This document shows positions 25,526-40,500 of a stretch of 64,000 bases of DNA, piece by piece; the first letter of the stretch is position 1, and each line of letters begins with the position of its first letter. Origin of the DNA: Yuukianura sp. NJ FZ-2021 (taxonomy: Eukaryota). Made by a program: the position numbers and the translations under genes. Where the stretch lies: assembly GCA_046563655.1 (NCBI GenBank), contig JAJCTO010000009.1, positions 558,001-622,000 of the forward strand. The letters are read 5' to 3'. Below the pieces are notes generated by a model. The model was not told the DNA's origin. It saw only the letters and a list, made by a program, of their open reading frames with translations, and made no database searches.

Positions 25526-28500
25526 TGTAGAACAGGCAAACAGTGGAACTCAACATTGCCTCTAAGGCCTCAAAATTTAGGATTTAAGCCGTAAAACTCC
25601 TCAAAAAACCACTCTCTTATTTTCGGACATGTAAAGTGGTTTTTACCTTTAAATCCCCGATCTGAAATTACATAGCCTAAAAGTAAAGATTTAACTAAAA
25701 AAACGTGGCAAGACAAAATCCTGTTGTAGAACAGGCAAACAGTAAAGATTTAACTAAAAAAACGTGGCAAGACAAAATCCTGTTGTAGAACAGGCAAACA
25801 GTGGAACTCAACATTACCTCTAAGGGCTCAAAATTTAGGATTTAAGCCGTAAAACTCGTCAAAAAACCACTCCCTTATTTTCGGACATGTAAAGTGGTTT
25901 TTACCTTAAAATCCCCGATCTGAAATTACAAAGCCTAAAAGTAAAGATTTAACTAAAAAAACGTGGCAAGACCAAATCCTGTTGTAGAACAGGCAAACAG
26001 TAAAGATTTAACTAAAAAAACGTGGTAAGACAAAATGCTGTTGTAGAACAGGCAAACAGTAAAGATTTAACTAAAAAAACGTGGCAAGACAAAATCCTGT
26101 TGTAGAGCAGGCAAACAGTGGAACTCAACATTGCCTGTAAGGCCTCAAAATTTAGGATTTAAGCCGTAAAACTCGTCAAAAAACCACTCTCTTATTTCCG
26201 GACATGTAAAGTGGTTTTTACCTTTAAATCCCCGATCTGAAATTACATAGCCTAAAAGTAAAGATTTAACTAAAAAAACGTGGCAAGACAAAATCCTGTT
26301 GTAGAACAGGCAAACAATGGAACTCAACATTGCCTCTAAGGCCTTAAAATTTAGAATTTAAGCCGTAAAACTTGTCAAAAAACCACTCTCTTATTTTCGG
26401 ACATGTAAGTGGTTTTTACCTTAAAATCCCCGATCTGAAATTACATAGCCTAAAAGTAAAGATTTAACTAAAAAAAACGTGGCAAGACAAAATCCTGTTG
26501 TAGAACAGGCAAACAGTGGAACTCAACATTACCTCTAAGGGCTCAAAATTTAGGATTTAAGCCGTAAAACTCGTCAAAAAACCAGTCTCTTATTTTCTGA
26601 CATGTAAAGTGGTTTTTACCTTTAAATCCCCGATCTGAAATTACATAGCCTAAAAGTAAAGATTTAACTAAAAAAACGTGGCAAGACAAAATCCTGTTGT
26701 AGAACAGGCAAACAGTAAAGATTTAACTAAAAAAACGTGGCAAGACAAAATCCTGTTGTAGAACAGGCAAACAGTGGAACTCAACATTGCCTCTAAGGGC
26801 TCAAAATTTAGGATTTAAGCCTTCAAACTTACCAAAAAACCACTCTCTTATTTTCGGACATGTAAAGTGGTTTTTACCTTTAAATCCCCGATCTGAAATT
26901 ACATAGCCTAAAAGTAAAGATTTAACTAAAAAAACGTGGCAAGACAAAATCCTGTTGTAGAACAGGCAAACAGTGGAACTCAACATTGCCTCTAAGGCCT
27001 CAAAATTTAGGATTTAAGCCGTAAAACTCGTCAAAAAACCACTCTCTTATTTTCGGACATGTAAAGTGGTTTTTACCTTAAAATCCCCGATCTGAAATTA
27101 CATAGCCTAAAAGTAAAGATTTAACTAAAAAAACGTGGCAAGACAAAATCCTGTTGTAGAACAGGCAAACAGTAAAGATTTAACTAAAAAAACGTGGCAA
27201 GACAAAATCCTGTTGTAGAACAGGCAAACAGTGGAACTCAACATTACCTCTAAGGGCTCAAAATTTAGGATTTAAGCCGTAAAACTCGTCAAAAAACCAC
27301 TCTCTTATTTTCGGACATGTAAAGTGGTTTTTACCTTAAAATCCCCGATCTGAAATTACATAGCCTAAAAGTAAAGATTTAACTAAAAAAACGTGGCAAG
27401 ACAAAATCCTGTTGTAGAACAGGCAAACAGTAAAGATTTAACTAAAAAAACGTGGTAAGACAAAATGCTGTTGTAGAACAGGCAAACAGTAAAGATTTAA
27501 CTAAAAAAACGTGGCAAGACAAAATCCTGTTGTAGAACAGGCAAACAGTGGAACTCAACATTGCCTCTAAGGCCTCAAAATTTAGGATTTAAGCCGTAAA
27601 ACTCGTCAAAAAACCACTCTCTTATTTTCGGACATGTAAAGTGGTTTTTACTTAAAATCCCCGATCTGAAATTACATAGCCTAAAAGTAAAGATTTAACT
27701 AAAAAAACGTGGCAAGACAAAATCCTGTTGTAGAACAGGCAAACAGTAAAGATTTAACTAAAAAAACGTGGCAAGACAAAATCCTGTTGTAGAACAGGCA
27801 AACAGTGGAACTCAACATTACCTCTAAGGGCTCAAAATTTAGGATTTAAGCCGTAAAACTCGTCAAAAAACCACACCCTTATTTTCGGACATGTAAAGTT
27901 GTTTTTACCTTAAAATCCCCGATCTGAAATTACAAAGCCTAAAAGTAAAGATTTAACTAAAAAAACGTGGCAAGACCAAATCCTGTTGTAGAACAGGCAA
28001 ACAGTAAAGATTTAACTAAAAAAACGTGGTAAGACAAAATGCTGTTGTAGAACAGGCAAACAGTAAAGATTTAACTAAAAAAACGTGGCAAGACAAAATC
28101 CTGTTGTAGAACAGGCAAACAGTGGAACTCAACATTGCCTCTAAGGCCTCAAAATTTAGGATTTAAGCCGTAAAACTCGTCAAAAAACCACTCTTTTATT
28201 TTCGGACATGTAAAGTGGTTTTTACTTAAAATCCCCGATCTGAAATTACATAGCCTAAAAGTAAAGATTTAACTAAAAAAACGTGGCAAGACAAAATCCT
28301 GTTGTAGAACAGGCAAACAGTAAAGATTTAACTAAAAAAACGTGGCAAGACAAAATCCTGTTGTAGAACAGGCAAACAGTGGAACTCAACATTACCTCTA
28401 AGGGCTCAAAATTTAGGATTTAAGCCGTAAAACTCGTCAAAAAACCACTCTCTTATTTTCGGACATGTAAAGTGGTTTTTACCTTTAAATCCCCGATCTG

Positions 28501-31500
28501 AAATTACATAGCCTAAAAGTAAAGATTTAACTAAAAAAACGTGGCAAGACAAAATCCTGTTGTAGAACAGGCAAACAGTAAAGATTTAACTAAAAAAACG
28601 TGGCAAGACAAAATCCTGTTGTAGAACAGGCAAACAGTGGAACTCAACATTACCTCTAAGGGCTCAAAATTTAGGATTTAAGCCGTAAAACTCGTCAAAA
28701 AACCACTCTCTTATTTTCGGACATGTAAAGTGGTTTTTACCTTAAAATCCCCGATCTGAAATTACATAGCCTAAAAGTAAAGATTTAACTAAAAAAACGT
28801 GGCAAGACAAAATCCTGTTGTAGAACAGGCAAACAGTAAAGATTTAACTAAAAAAACGTGGTAAGACAAAATGCTGTTGTAGAACAGGCAAACAGTAAAG
28901 ATTTAACTAAAAAAACGTGGCAAGACAAAATCCTGTTGTAGAACAGGCAAACAGTGGAACTCAACATTGCCTCTAAGGCCTCAAAATTTAGGATTTAAGC
29001 CGTAAAACTCGTCAAAAAACCACTCTCTTATTTTCGGACATGTAAAGTGGTTTTTACCTTTAAATCCCCGATCTGAAATTACATAGCCTAAAAGTAAAGA
29101 TTTAACTAAAAAAACGTGGCAAGACAAAATCCTGTTGTAGAACAGGCAAACAGTAAAGATTTAACTAAAAAAACGTGGCAAGACAAAATCCTGTTGTAGA
29201 ACAGGCAAACAGTGGAACTCAACATTACCTCTAAGGGCTCAAAATTTAGGATTTAAGCCGTAAAACTCGTCAAAAAACCACTCTCTTATTTTCGGACATG
29301 TAAAGTGGTTTTTACCTTAAAATCCCCGATCTGAAATTACATAGCCTAAAAGTAAAGATTTAACTAAAAAAACGTGGCAAGACAAAATCCTGTTGTAGAA
29401 CAGGCAAACAGTAAAGATTTAACTAAAAAAACGTGGTAAGACAAAATGCTGTTGTAGAACAGGCAAACAGTAAAGATTTAACTAAAAAAACGTGGCAAGA
29501 CAAAATCCTGTTGTAGAGCAGGCAAACAGTGGAACTCAACATTGCCTGTAAGGCCTCAAAATTTAGGATTTAAGCCGTAAAACTCGTCAAAAAACCACTC
29601 TCTTATTTCCGGACATGTAAAGTGGTTTTTACCTTTAAATCCCGGATCTGAAATTACATAGCCTAAAAGTAAAGATTTAACTAAAAAAACGTGGCAAGAC
29701 AAAATCCTGTTGTAGAACAGTCAAACAGTAAAGATTTAACTAAAAAAACGTGGCAAGACAAAATCCTGTTGTAGAACAGGCAAACAGTGGAACTCAACAT
29801 TACCTCTAAGGGCTCAAAATTTAGGATTTAAGCCGTAAAACTCGTCAAAAAACCACTCTCTTATTTTCGGACATGTAAAGTGGTTTTTACCTTAAAATCC
29901 CCGATCTGAAATTACATAGCCTAAAAGTAAAGATTTAACTAAAAAAACGTGGCAAGACAAAATCCTGTTGTAGAACAGGCAAACAGTAAAGATTTAACTA
30001 AAAAAACGTGGCAAGACAAAATCCTGTTGTAGAACAGGCAAACAGTGGAACTCAACATTACCTCTAAGGGCTCAAAATTTAGGATTTAAGCCGTAAAACT
30101 CGTCAAAAAACCACTCTCTTATTTTCGGACATGTAAAGTGGTTTTTACCTTAAAATCCCCGATCTGAAATTACAAAGCCTAAAAGTAAAGATTTAACTAA
30201 AAAAACGTGGCAAGACCAAATCCTGTTGTAGAACAGGCAAACAGTAAAGATTTAACTAAAAAAACGTGGTAAGACAAAATGCTGTTGTAGAACAGGCAAA
30301 CAGTAAAGATTTAACTAAAAAAACGTGGCAAGACAAAATCCTGTTGTAGAACAGGCAAACAGTGGAACTCAACATTGCCTCTAAGGCCTCAAAATTTAGG
30401 ATTTAAGCCGTAAAACTCGTCAAAAAACCACTCTCTTATTTTCGGACATGTAAAGTGGTTTTTACCTTAAAATCCCCGATCTGAAATTACATAGCCTAAA
30501 AGTAAAGATTTAACTAAAAAAACGTGGCAAGACAAAATCCTGTTGTAGAACAGGCAAACAGTGGAACTCAACATTGCCTCTAAGGCCTCAAAATTTAGGA
30601 TTTAAGCCGTAAAACTCGTCAAAAAACCACTCTCTTATTTTCGGACATGTAAAGTGGTTTTTACCTTAAAATCCCCGATCTGAAATTACATAGCCTAAAA
30701 GTAAAGATTTAACTAAAAAAACGTGGCAAGACAAAATCCTGTTGTAGAACAGGCAAACAGTAAAGATTTAACTAAAAAAACGTGGCAAGACAAAATCCTG
30801 TTGTAGAACAGGCAAACAGTGGAACTCAACATTACCTCTAAGGGCTCAAAATTTAGGATTTAAGCCGTAAAACTCGTCAAAAAACCACTCTCTTATTTTC
30901 GGACATGTAAAGTGGTTTTTACCTTAAAATCCCCGATCTGAAATTACATAGCCTAAAAGTAAAGATTTAACTAAAAAAACGTGGCAAGACAAAATCCTGT
31001 TGTAGAACAGGCAAACAGTAAAGATTTAACTAAAAAAACGTGGCAAGACAAAATCCTGTTGTAGAACAGGCAAACAGTGGAACTCAACATTGCCTCTAAG
31101 GGCTCAAAATTTAGGATTTAAGCCTTCAAACTTACCAAAAAACCAGCCTCTTATTTTTTGACATGTAAAGTGGTTTTTACCTTTAAATCCCCGATCTGAA
31201 ATTACATAGCCTAAAAGTAAAGATTTAACTAAAAAAACGTGGCAAGACAAAATCCTGTTGTAGAACAGGCAAACAGTGGAACTCAACATTGCCTCTAAGG
31301 CCTCAAAATTTAGGATTTAAGCCGTAAAACTCGTCAAAAAACCACTCTCTTATTTTCGGACATGTAAAGTGGTTTTTACCTTAAAATCCCCGATCTGAAA
31401 TTACATAGCCTAAAAGTAAAGATTTAACTAAAAAAACGTGGCAAGACAAAATCCTGTTGTAGAACAGGCAAACAGTAAAGATTTAACTAAAAAAACGTGG

Positions 31501-34500
31501 CAAGACAAAATCCTGTTGTAGAACAGGCAAACAGTGGAACTCAACATTACCTCTAAGGGCTCAAAATTTAGGATTTAAGCCGTAAAACTCGTCAAAAAAC
31601 CACTCTCTTATTTTCGGACATGTAAAGTGGTTTTTACCTTAAAATCCCCGATCTGAAATTACATAGCCTAAAAGTAAAGATTTAACTAAAAAAACGTGGC
31701 AAGACAAAATCCTGTTGTAGAACAGGCAAACAGTAAAGATTTAACTAAAAAAACGTGGTAAGACAAAATCCTGTTGTAGAACAGGCAAACAGTAAAGATT
31801 TAACTAAAAAAACGTGGCAAGACAAAATCCTGTTGTAGAACAGGCAAACAGTGGAACTCAACATTGCCTCTAAGGCCTCAAAATTTAGGATTTAAGCCGT
31901 AAAACTCGTCAAAAAACCACTCTCTTATTTTCGGACATGTAAAGTGGTTTTTACCTTAAAATCCCCGATCTGAAATTACATAGCCTAAAAGTAAAGATTT
32001 AACTAAAAAAACGTGGCAAGACAAAATCCTGTTGTAGAACAGGCAAACAGTAAAGATTTAACTAAAAAAACGTGGTAAGACAAAATCCTGTTGTAGAACA
32101 GGCAAACAGTAAAGATTTAACTAAAAAAACGTGGCAAGACAAAATCCTGTTGTAGAACAGGCAAACAGTGGAACTCAACATTGCCTCTAAGGCCTCAAAA
32201 TTTAGGATTTAAGCCGTAAAACTCGTCAAAAAACCACTCTCTTATTTTCGGACATGTAAAGTGGTTTTTACCTTAAAATCCCCGATCTGAAATTACATAG
32301 CCTAAAAGTAAAGATTTAACTAAAAAAACGTGGCAAGACAAAATCCTGTTGTAGAACAGGCAAACAGTGGAACTCAACATTGCCTCTAAGGCCTCAAAAT
32401 TTAGGATTTAAGCCGTAAAACTCGTCAAAAAACCACTCTCTTATTTTCGGACATGTAAAGTGGTTTTTACCTTAAAATCCCCGATCTGAAATTACATAGC
32501 CTAAAAGTAAAGATTTAACTAAAAAAACGTGGCAAGACAAAATCCTGTTGTAGAACAGGCAAACAGTAAAGATTTAACTAAAAAAACGTGGTAAGACAAA
32601 ATCCTGTTGTAGAACAGGCAAACAGTAAAGATTTAACTAAAAAAACGTGGCAAGACAAAATCCTGTTGTAGAACAGGCAAACAGTGGAACTCAACATTGC
32701 CTCTAAGGCCTCAAAATTTAGGATTTAAGCCGTAAAACTCGTCAAAAAACCACTCTCTTATTTTCGGACATGTAAAGTGGTTTTTACCTTTAAATCCCCG
32801 ATCTGAAATTACATAGCCTAAAAGTAAAGATTTAACTAAAAAAACGTGGCAAGACAAAATCCTGTTGTAGAACAGGCAAACAGTGGAACTCAACATTGCC
32901 TCTAAGGCCTCAAAATTTAGGATTTAAGCCGTAAAACTCGTCAAAAAACCACTCTCTTATTTTCGGACATGTAAAGTGGTTTTTACCTTAAAATCCCCGA
33001 TCTGAAATTACATAGCCTAAAAGTAAAGATTTAACTAAAAAAACGTGGCAAGACAAAATCCTGTTGTAGAACAGGCAAACAGTAAAGATTTAACTAAAAA
33101 AACGTGGCAAGACAAAATCCTGTTGTAGAACAGGCAAACAGTGGAACTCAACATTACCTCTAAGGGCTCAAAATTTAGGATTTAAGCCGTAAAACTCGTC
33201 AAAAAACCACTCTCTTATTTTCGGACATGTAAAGTGGTTTTTACCTTTAAATCCCCGATCTGAAATTACATAGCCTAAAAGTAAAGATTTAACTAAAAAA
33301 ACGTGGCAAGACAAAATCCTGTTGTAGAACAGGCAAACAGTAAAGATTTAACTAAAAAAACGTGGCAAGACAAAATCCTGTTGTAGAACAGGCAAACAGT
33401 GGAACTCAACATTACCTCTAAGGGCTCAAAATTTAGGATTTAAGCCGTAAAACTCGTCAAAAAACCACTCTCTTATTTTCGGACATGTAAAGTGGTTTTT
33501 ACCTTAAAATCCCCGATCTGAAATTACATAGCCTAAAAGTAAAGATTTAACTAAAAAAACGTGGCAAGACAAAATCCTGTTGTAGAACAGGCAAACAGTA
33601 AAGATTTAACTAAAAAAACGTGGTAAGACAAAATGCTGTTGTAGAACAGGCAAACAGTAAAGATTTAACTAAAAAAACGTGGCAAGACAAAATCCTGTTG
33701 TAGAACAGGCAAACAGTGGAACTCAACATTGCCTCTAAGGCCTCAAAATTTAGGATTTAAGCCGTAAAACTCGTCAAAAAACCACTCTCTTATTTTCGGA
33801 CATGTAAAGTGGTTTTTACCTTTAAATCCCCGATCTGAAATTACATAGCCTAAAAGTAAAGATTTAACTAAAAAAACGTGGCAAGACAAAATCCTGTTGT
33901 AGAACAGGCAAACAGTAAAGATTTAACTAAAAAAACGTGGCAAGACAAAATCCTGTTGTAGAACAGGCAAACAGTGGAACTCAACATTACCTCTAAGGGC
34001 TCAAAATTTAGGATTTAAGCCGTAAAACTCGTCAAAAAACCACTCTCTTATTTTCGGACATGTAAAGTGGTTTTTACCTTAAAATCCCCGATCTGAAATT
34101 ACATAGCCTAAAAGTAAAGATTTAACTAAAAAAACGTGGCAAGACAAAATCCTGTTGTAGAACAGGCAAACAGTAAAGATTTAACTAAAAAAACGTGGTA
34201 AGACAAAATGCTGTTGTAGAACAGGCAAACAGTAAAGATTTAACTAAAAAAACGTGGCAAGACAAAATCCTGTTGTAGAACAGGCAAACAGTGGAACTCA
34301 ACATTGCCTCTAAGGCCTCAAAATTTAGGATTTAAGCCGTAAAACTCGTCAAAAAACCACTCTCTTATTTTCGGACATGTAAAGTGGTTTTTACCTTAAA
34401 ATCCCCGATCTGAAATTACATAGCCTAAAAGTAAAGATTTAACTAAAAAAACGTGGCAAGACAAAATCCTGTTGTAGAACAGGCAAACAGTAAAGATTTA

Positions 34501-37500
34501 ACTAAAAAAACGTGGCAAGACAAAATCCTGTTGTAGAACAGGCAAACAGTGGAACTCAACATTACCTCTAAGGGCTCAAAATTTAGGATTTAAGCCTTCA
34601 AACTCACCAAAAAACCAGTCTCTTATTTTCTGACATGTAAAGTGGTTTTTACCTTTAAATCCCCGATCTGAAATTACATAGCCTAAAAGTAAAGATTTAA
34701 CTAAAAAAAACGTGGCAAGACAAAATCCTGTTGTAGAACAGGCAAACAGTGGAACTCAACATTGCCTCTAAGGCCTCAAAATTTAGGATTTAAGCCGTAA
34801 AACTCGTCAAAAAACCACTCTCTTATTTTCGGACATGTAAAGTGGTTTTTACCTTAAAATCCCCGATCTGAAATTACATAGCCTAAAAGTAAAGATTTAA
34901 CTAAAAAAACGTGGCAAGACAAAATCCTGTTGTAGAACAGGCAAACAGTAAAGATTTAACTAAAAAAACGTGGCAAGACAAAATCCTGTTGTAGAACAGG
35001 CAAACAGTGGAACTCAACATTACCTCTAAGGGCTCAAAATTTAGGATTTAAGCCGTAAAACTCGTCAAAAAACCACTCTCTTATTTTCGGACATGTAAAG
35101 TGGTTTTTACCTTAAAATCCCCGATCTGAAATTACATAGCCTAAAAGTAAAGATTTAACTAAAAAAACGTGGCAAGACAAAATCCTGTTGTAGAACAGGC
35201 AAACAGTAAAGATTTAACTAAAAAAACGTGGTAAGACAAAATGCTGTTGTAGAACAGGCAAACAGTAAAGATTTAACTAAAAAAACGTGGCAAGACAAAA
35301 TCCTGTTGTAGAACAGGCAAACAGTGGAACTCAACATTGCCTCTAAGGCCTCAAAATTTAGGATTTAAGCCGTAAAACTCGTCAAAAAACCACTCTCTTA
35401 TTTCCGGACATGTAAAGTGGTTTTTACCTTTAAATCCCGGATCTGAAATTACATAGCCTAAAAGTAAAGATTTAACTAAAAAAACGTGGCAAGACAAAAT
35501 CCTGTTGTAGAACAGGCAAACAATGGAACTCAACATTGCCTCTAAGGCCTCAAAATTTAGGATTTAAGCCGTAAAACTCGTCAAAAAACCACTCTCTTAT
35601 TTTCGGACATGTAAAGTGGTTTTTACCTTAAAATCCCCGATCTGAAATTACATAGCCTAAAAGTAAAGATTTAACTAAAAAAACGTGGCAAGACAAAATC
35701 CTGTTGTAGAACAGGCAAACAGTAAAGATTTAACTAAAAAAACGTGGCAAGACAAAATCCTGTTGTAGAACAGGCAAACAGTGGAACTCAACATTACCTC
35801 TAAGGGCTCAAAATTTAGGATTTAAGCCGTAAAACTCGTCAAAAAACCAGTCTCTTATTTTCTGACATGTAAAGTGGTTTTTACCTTTAAATCCCCGATC
35901 TGAAATTACATAGCCTAAAAGTAAAGATTTAACTAAAAAAACGTGGCAAGACAAAATCCTGTTGTAGAACAGGCAAACAGTAAAGATTTAACTAAAAAAA
36001 CGTGGCAAGACAAAATCCTGTTGTAGAACAGGCAAACAGTGGAACTCAACATTGCCTCTAAGGCCTCAAAATTTAGGATTTAAGCCGTAAAACTCGTCAA
36101 AAAACCACTCTCTTATTTTCGGACATGTAAAGTGGTTTTTACCTTAAAATCCCCGATCTGAAATTACATAGCCTAAAAGTAAAGATTTAACTAAAAAAAC
36201 GTGGCAAGACAAAATCCTGTTGTAGAACAGGCAAACAGTAAAGATTTAACTAAAAAAACGTGGCAAGACAAAATCCTGTTGTAGAACAGGCAAACAGTGG
36301 AACTCAACATTACCTCTAAGGGCTCAAAATTTAGGATTTAAGCCGTAAAACTCGTCAAAAAACCACTCTCTTATTTTCGGACATGTAAAGTGGTTTTTAC
36401 CTTAAAATCCCCGATCTGAAATTACATAGCCTAAAAGTAAAGATTTAACTAAAAAAACGTGGCAAGACAAAATCCTATTGTAGAACAGTCAAACAGTAAA
36501 GATTTAACTAAAAAAACGTGGCAAGACAAAATCCTGTTGTAGAACAGGCAAACAGTGGAACTCAACATTGCCTCTAAGGGCTCAGAATTTAGGATTTAAG
36601 CCGTAAAACTCGTCAAAAAACCACTCTCTTATTTTCGGACATGTAAAGTGGTTTTTACCTTAAAATCCCCGATCTGAAATTACATAGCCTAAAAGTAAAG
36701 ATTTAACTAAAAAAACGTGGCAAGACAAAATCCTGTTGTAGAACAGGCAAACAGTAAAGATTTAACTAAAAAAACGTGGTAAGACAAAATGCTGTTGTAG
36801 AACAGGCAAACAGTAAAGATTTAACTAAAAAAACGTGGCAAGACAAAATCCTGTTGTAGAACAGGCAAACAGTGGAACTCAACATTGCCTCTAAGGCCTC
36901 AAAATTTAGGATTTAAGCCGTAAAACTCGTCAAAAAACCACTCTCTTATTTTCGGACATGTAAAGTGGTTTTTACCTTTAAATCCCCGATCTGAAATTAC
37001 ATAGTTTAAAGTAAAGATTTAACTAAAAAAACGTGGCAAGACAAAATCCTGTTGTAGAACAGGCAAACAGTGGAACTCAACATTGCCTCTAAGGCCTCAA
37101 AATTTAGGATTTAAGCCGTAAAACTCGTCAAAAAACCACTCTCTTATTTTCGGACATGTAAAGTGGTTTTTACCTTAAAATCCCCGATCTGAAATTACAT
37201 AGCCTAAAAGTAAAGATTTAACTAAAAAAACGTGGCAAGACAAAATCCTGTTGTAGAACAGGCAAACAGTAAAGATTTAACTAAAAAAACGTGGCAAGAC
37301 AAAATCCTGTTGTAGAACAGGCAAACAGTGGAACTCAACATTACCTCTAAGGGCTCAAAATTTAGGATTTAAGCCTTCAAACTCACCAAAAAACCAGTCT
37401 CTTATTTTCTGACATGTAAAGTGGTTTTTACCTTTAAATCCCCGATCTGAAATTACATAGCCTAAAAGTAAAGATTTAACTAAAAAAACGTGGCAAGACA

Positions 37501-40500
37501 AAATCCTGTTGTAGAACAGGCAAACAGTGGAACTCAACATTGCCTCTAAGGCCTTAAAATTTAGGATTTAAGCCGTAAAACTTGTCAAAAAACCACTCTA
37601 TTATTTTAGGACATGTAAAGTGGTTTTTACCTTAAAATCCCCGATCTGAAATTACATAGCCTAAAAGTAAAGATTTAACTAAAAAAACGTGGCAAGACAA
37701 AATCCTGTTGTAGAACAGTCAAACAGTAAAGATTTAACTAAAAAAACGTGGCAAGACAAAATCCTGTTGTAGAACAGGCAAACAGTGGAACTCAACATTG
37801 CCTCTAAGGGCTCAGAATTTAGGATTTAAGCCGTAAAACTCGTCAAAAAACCACACCCTTATTTTCGGACATGTAAAGTTGTTTTTACCTTAAAATCCCC
37901 GATCTGAAATTACAAAGCCTAAAAGTAAAGATTTAACTAAAAAAACGTGGCAAGACCAAATCCTGTTGTAGAAGAGGCAAACAGTAAAGATTTAACTATA
38001 AAAACGTGGTAAGACAAAATGCTGTTGTAGAACAGGCAAACAGTAAAGATTTAACTAAAAAAACGTGGCAAGACAAAATCCTGTTGTAGAGCAGGCAAAC
38101 AGTGGAACTCAACATTGCCTGTAAGGCCTCAAAATTTAGGATTTAAGCCGTAAAACTCGTCAAAAAACCACTCTCTTATTTCCGGACATGTAAAGTGGTT
38201 TTTACCTTTAAATCCCGGATCTGAAATTACATAGCCTAAAAGTAAAGATTTAACTAAAAAAACGTGGCAAGACAAAATCCTGTTGTAGAACAGTCAAACA
38301 GTAAAGATTTAACTAAAAAAACGTGGCAAGACAAAATCCTGTTGTAGAACAGGCAAACAGTGGAACTCAACATTACCTCTAAGGGCTCAAAATTTAGGAT
38401 TTAAGCCGTAAAACTCGTCAAAAAACCACTCTCTTATTTTCGGACATGTAAAGTGGTTTTTACCTTAAAATCCCCGATCTGAAATTACATAGCCTAAAAG
38501 TAAAGATTTAACTAAAAAAACGTGGCAAGACAAAATCCTGTTGTAGAACAGGCAAACAGTAAAGATTTAACTAAAAAAACGTGGCAAGACAAAATCCTGT
38601 TGTAGAACAGGCAAACAGTAAAGATTTAACTAAAAAAACGTGGCAAGACAAAATCCTGTTGTAGAACAGGCAAACAGTAAAGATTTAACTAAAAAAACGT
38701 GGCAAGACAAAATGCTGTTGTAGAACAGGCAAACAGTAAAGATTTAACTAAAAAAACGTGGCAAGACAAAATCCTGTTGTAGAACAGGCAAACAGTGGAA
38801 CTCAACATTGCCTCTAAGGGCTCAAAATTTAGGATTTAAGCCGTAAAACTCGTCAAAAAACCACTCTCTTATTTTCGGACATGTAAAGTGGTTTTTACTT
38901 AAAATCCCCGATCTGAAATTACATAGCCTAAAAGTAAAGATTTAACTAAAAAAACGTGGCAAGACAAAATCCTGTTGTAGAACAGGCAAACAGTAAAGAT
39001 TTAACTAAAAAAGTAAAGATTTAACTAAAAAAACTTGGCGAGACAAAATCCTGTTGTAGATCAGGCAAACAGTAAAGATTTAACTAAAAAACATGGCAAG
39101 ACAAAATCCTGTTGTAGAACAGGCAAACAGTGGAACTCAACATTACCTCTAAGGGCTCAAAATTTAGGATTTAAGCCGTAAAACTCGTCAAAAAACCACT
39201 CTCTTATTTTCGGACATGTAAAGTGGTTTTTACCTTAAAATCCCCGATCTGAAATTACATAGCCTAAAAGTAAAGATTTAACTAAAAAAACGTGGCAAGA
39301 CAAAATCCTGTTGTAGAACAGGCAAACAGTAAAGATTTAACTAAAAAAACGTGGCAAGACAAAATCCTGTTGTAGAACAGGCAAACAGTAAAGATTTAAC
39401 TAAAAAAACGTGGCAAGACAAAATCCTGTTGTAGAACAGGCAAACAGTAAAGATTTAACTAAAAAAACGTGGCAAGACAAAATCCTGTTGTAGAACAGGC
39501 AAACAGTAAAGATTTAACTAAAAAAACGTGGCAAGACAAAATCCTGTTGTAGAACAGGCAAACAGTGGAACTCAACATTACCTCTAAGGGCTCAAAATTT
39601 AGGATTTAAGCCGTAAAACTCGTCAAAAAACCACTCTCTTATTTTCGGACATGTAAAGTGGTTTTTACCTTAAAATCCCCGATCTGAAATTACATAGCCT
39701 AAAAGTAAAGATTTAACTAAAAAAACGTGGCAAGACAAAATCCTGTTGTAGAACAGGCAAACAGTAAAGATTTAACTAAAAAAACGTGGCAAGACAAAAT
39801 CCTGTTGTAGAACAGGCAAACAGTGGAACTCAACATTGCCTCTAAGGCCTCAAAATTTAGGATTTAAGCCGTAAAACTCGTCAAAAAACCACTCTCTTAT
39901 TTTCGGACATGTAAAGTGGTTTTTACCTTAAAATCCCCGATCTGAAATTACATAGCCTAAAAGTAAAGATTTAACTAAAAAAACGTGGCAAGACAAAATC
40001 CTGTTGTAGAACAGGCAAACAGTAAAGATTTAACTAAAAAAACGTGGCAAGACAAAATCCTGTTGTAGAACAGGCAAACAGTGGAACTCAACATTACCTC
40101 TAAGGGCTCAAAATTTAGGATTTAAGCCGTAAAACTCGTCAAAAAACCACTCTCTTATTTTCGGACATGTAAAGTGGTTTTTACCTTAAAATCCCCGATC
40201 TGAAATTACATAGCCTAAAAGTAAAGATTTAACTAAAAAAACGTGGCAAGACAAAATCCTGTTGTAGAACAGGCAAACAGTAAAGATTTAACTAAAAAAA
40301 CGTGGTAAGACAAAATCCTGTTGTAGAACAGGCAAACAGTAAAGATTTAACTAAAAAAACGTGGCAAGACAAAATCCTGTTGTAGAACAGGCAAACAGTA
40401 AAGATTTAACTAAAAAAACGTGGTAAGACAAAATCCTGTTGTAGAACAGGCAAACAGTAAAGATTTAACTAAAAAAACGTGGCAAGACAAAATCCTGTTG

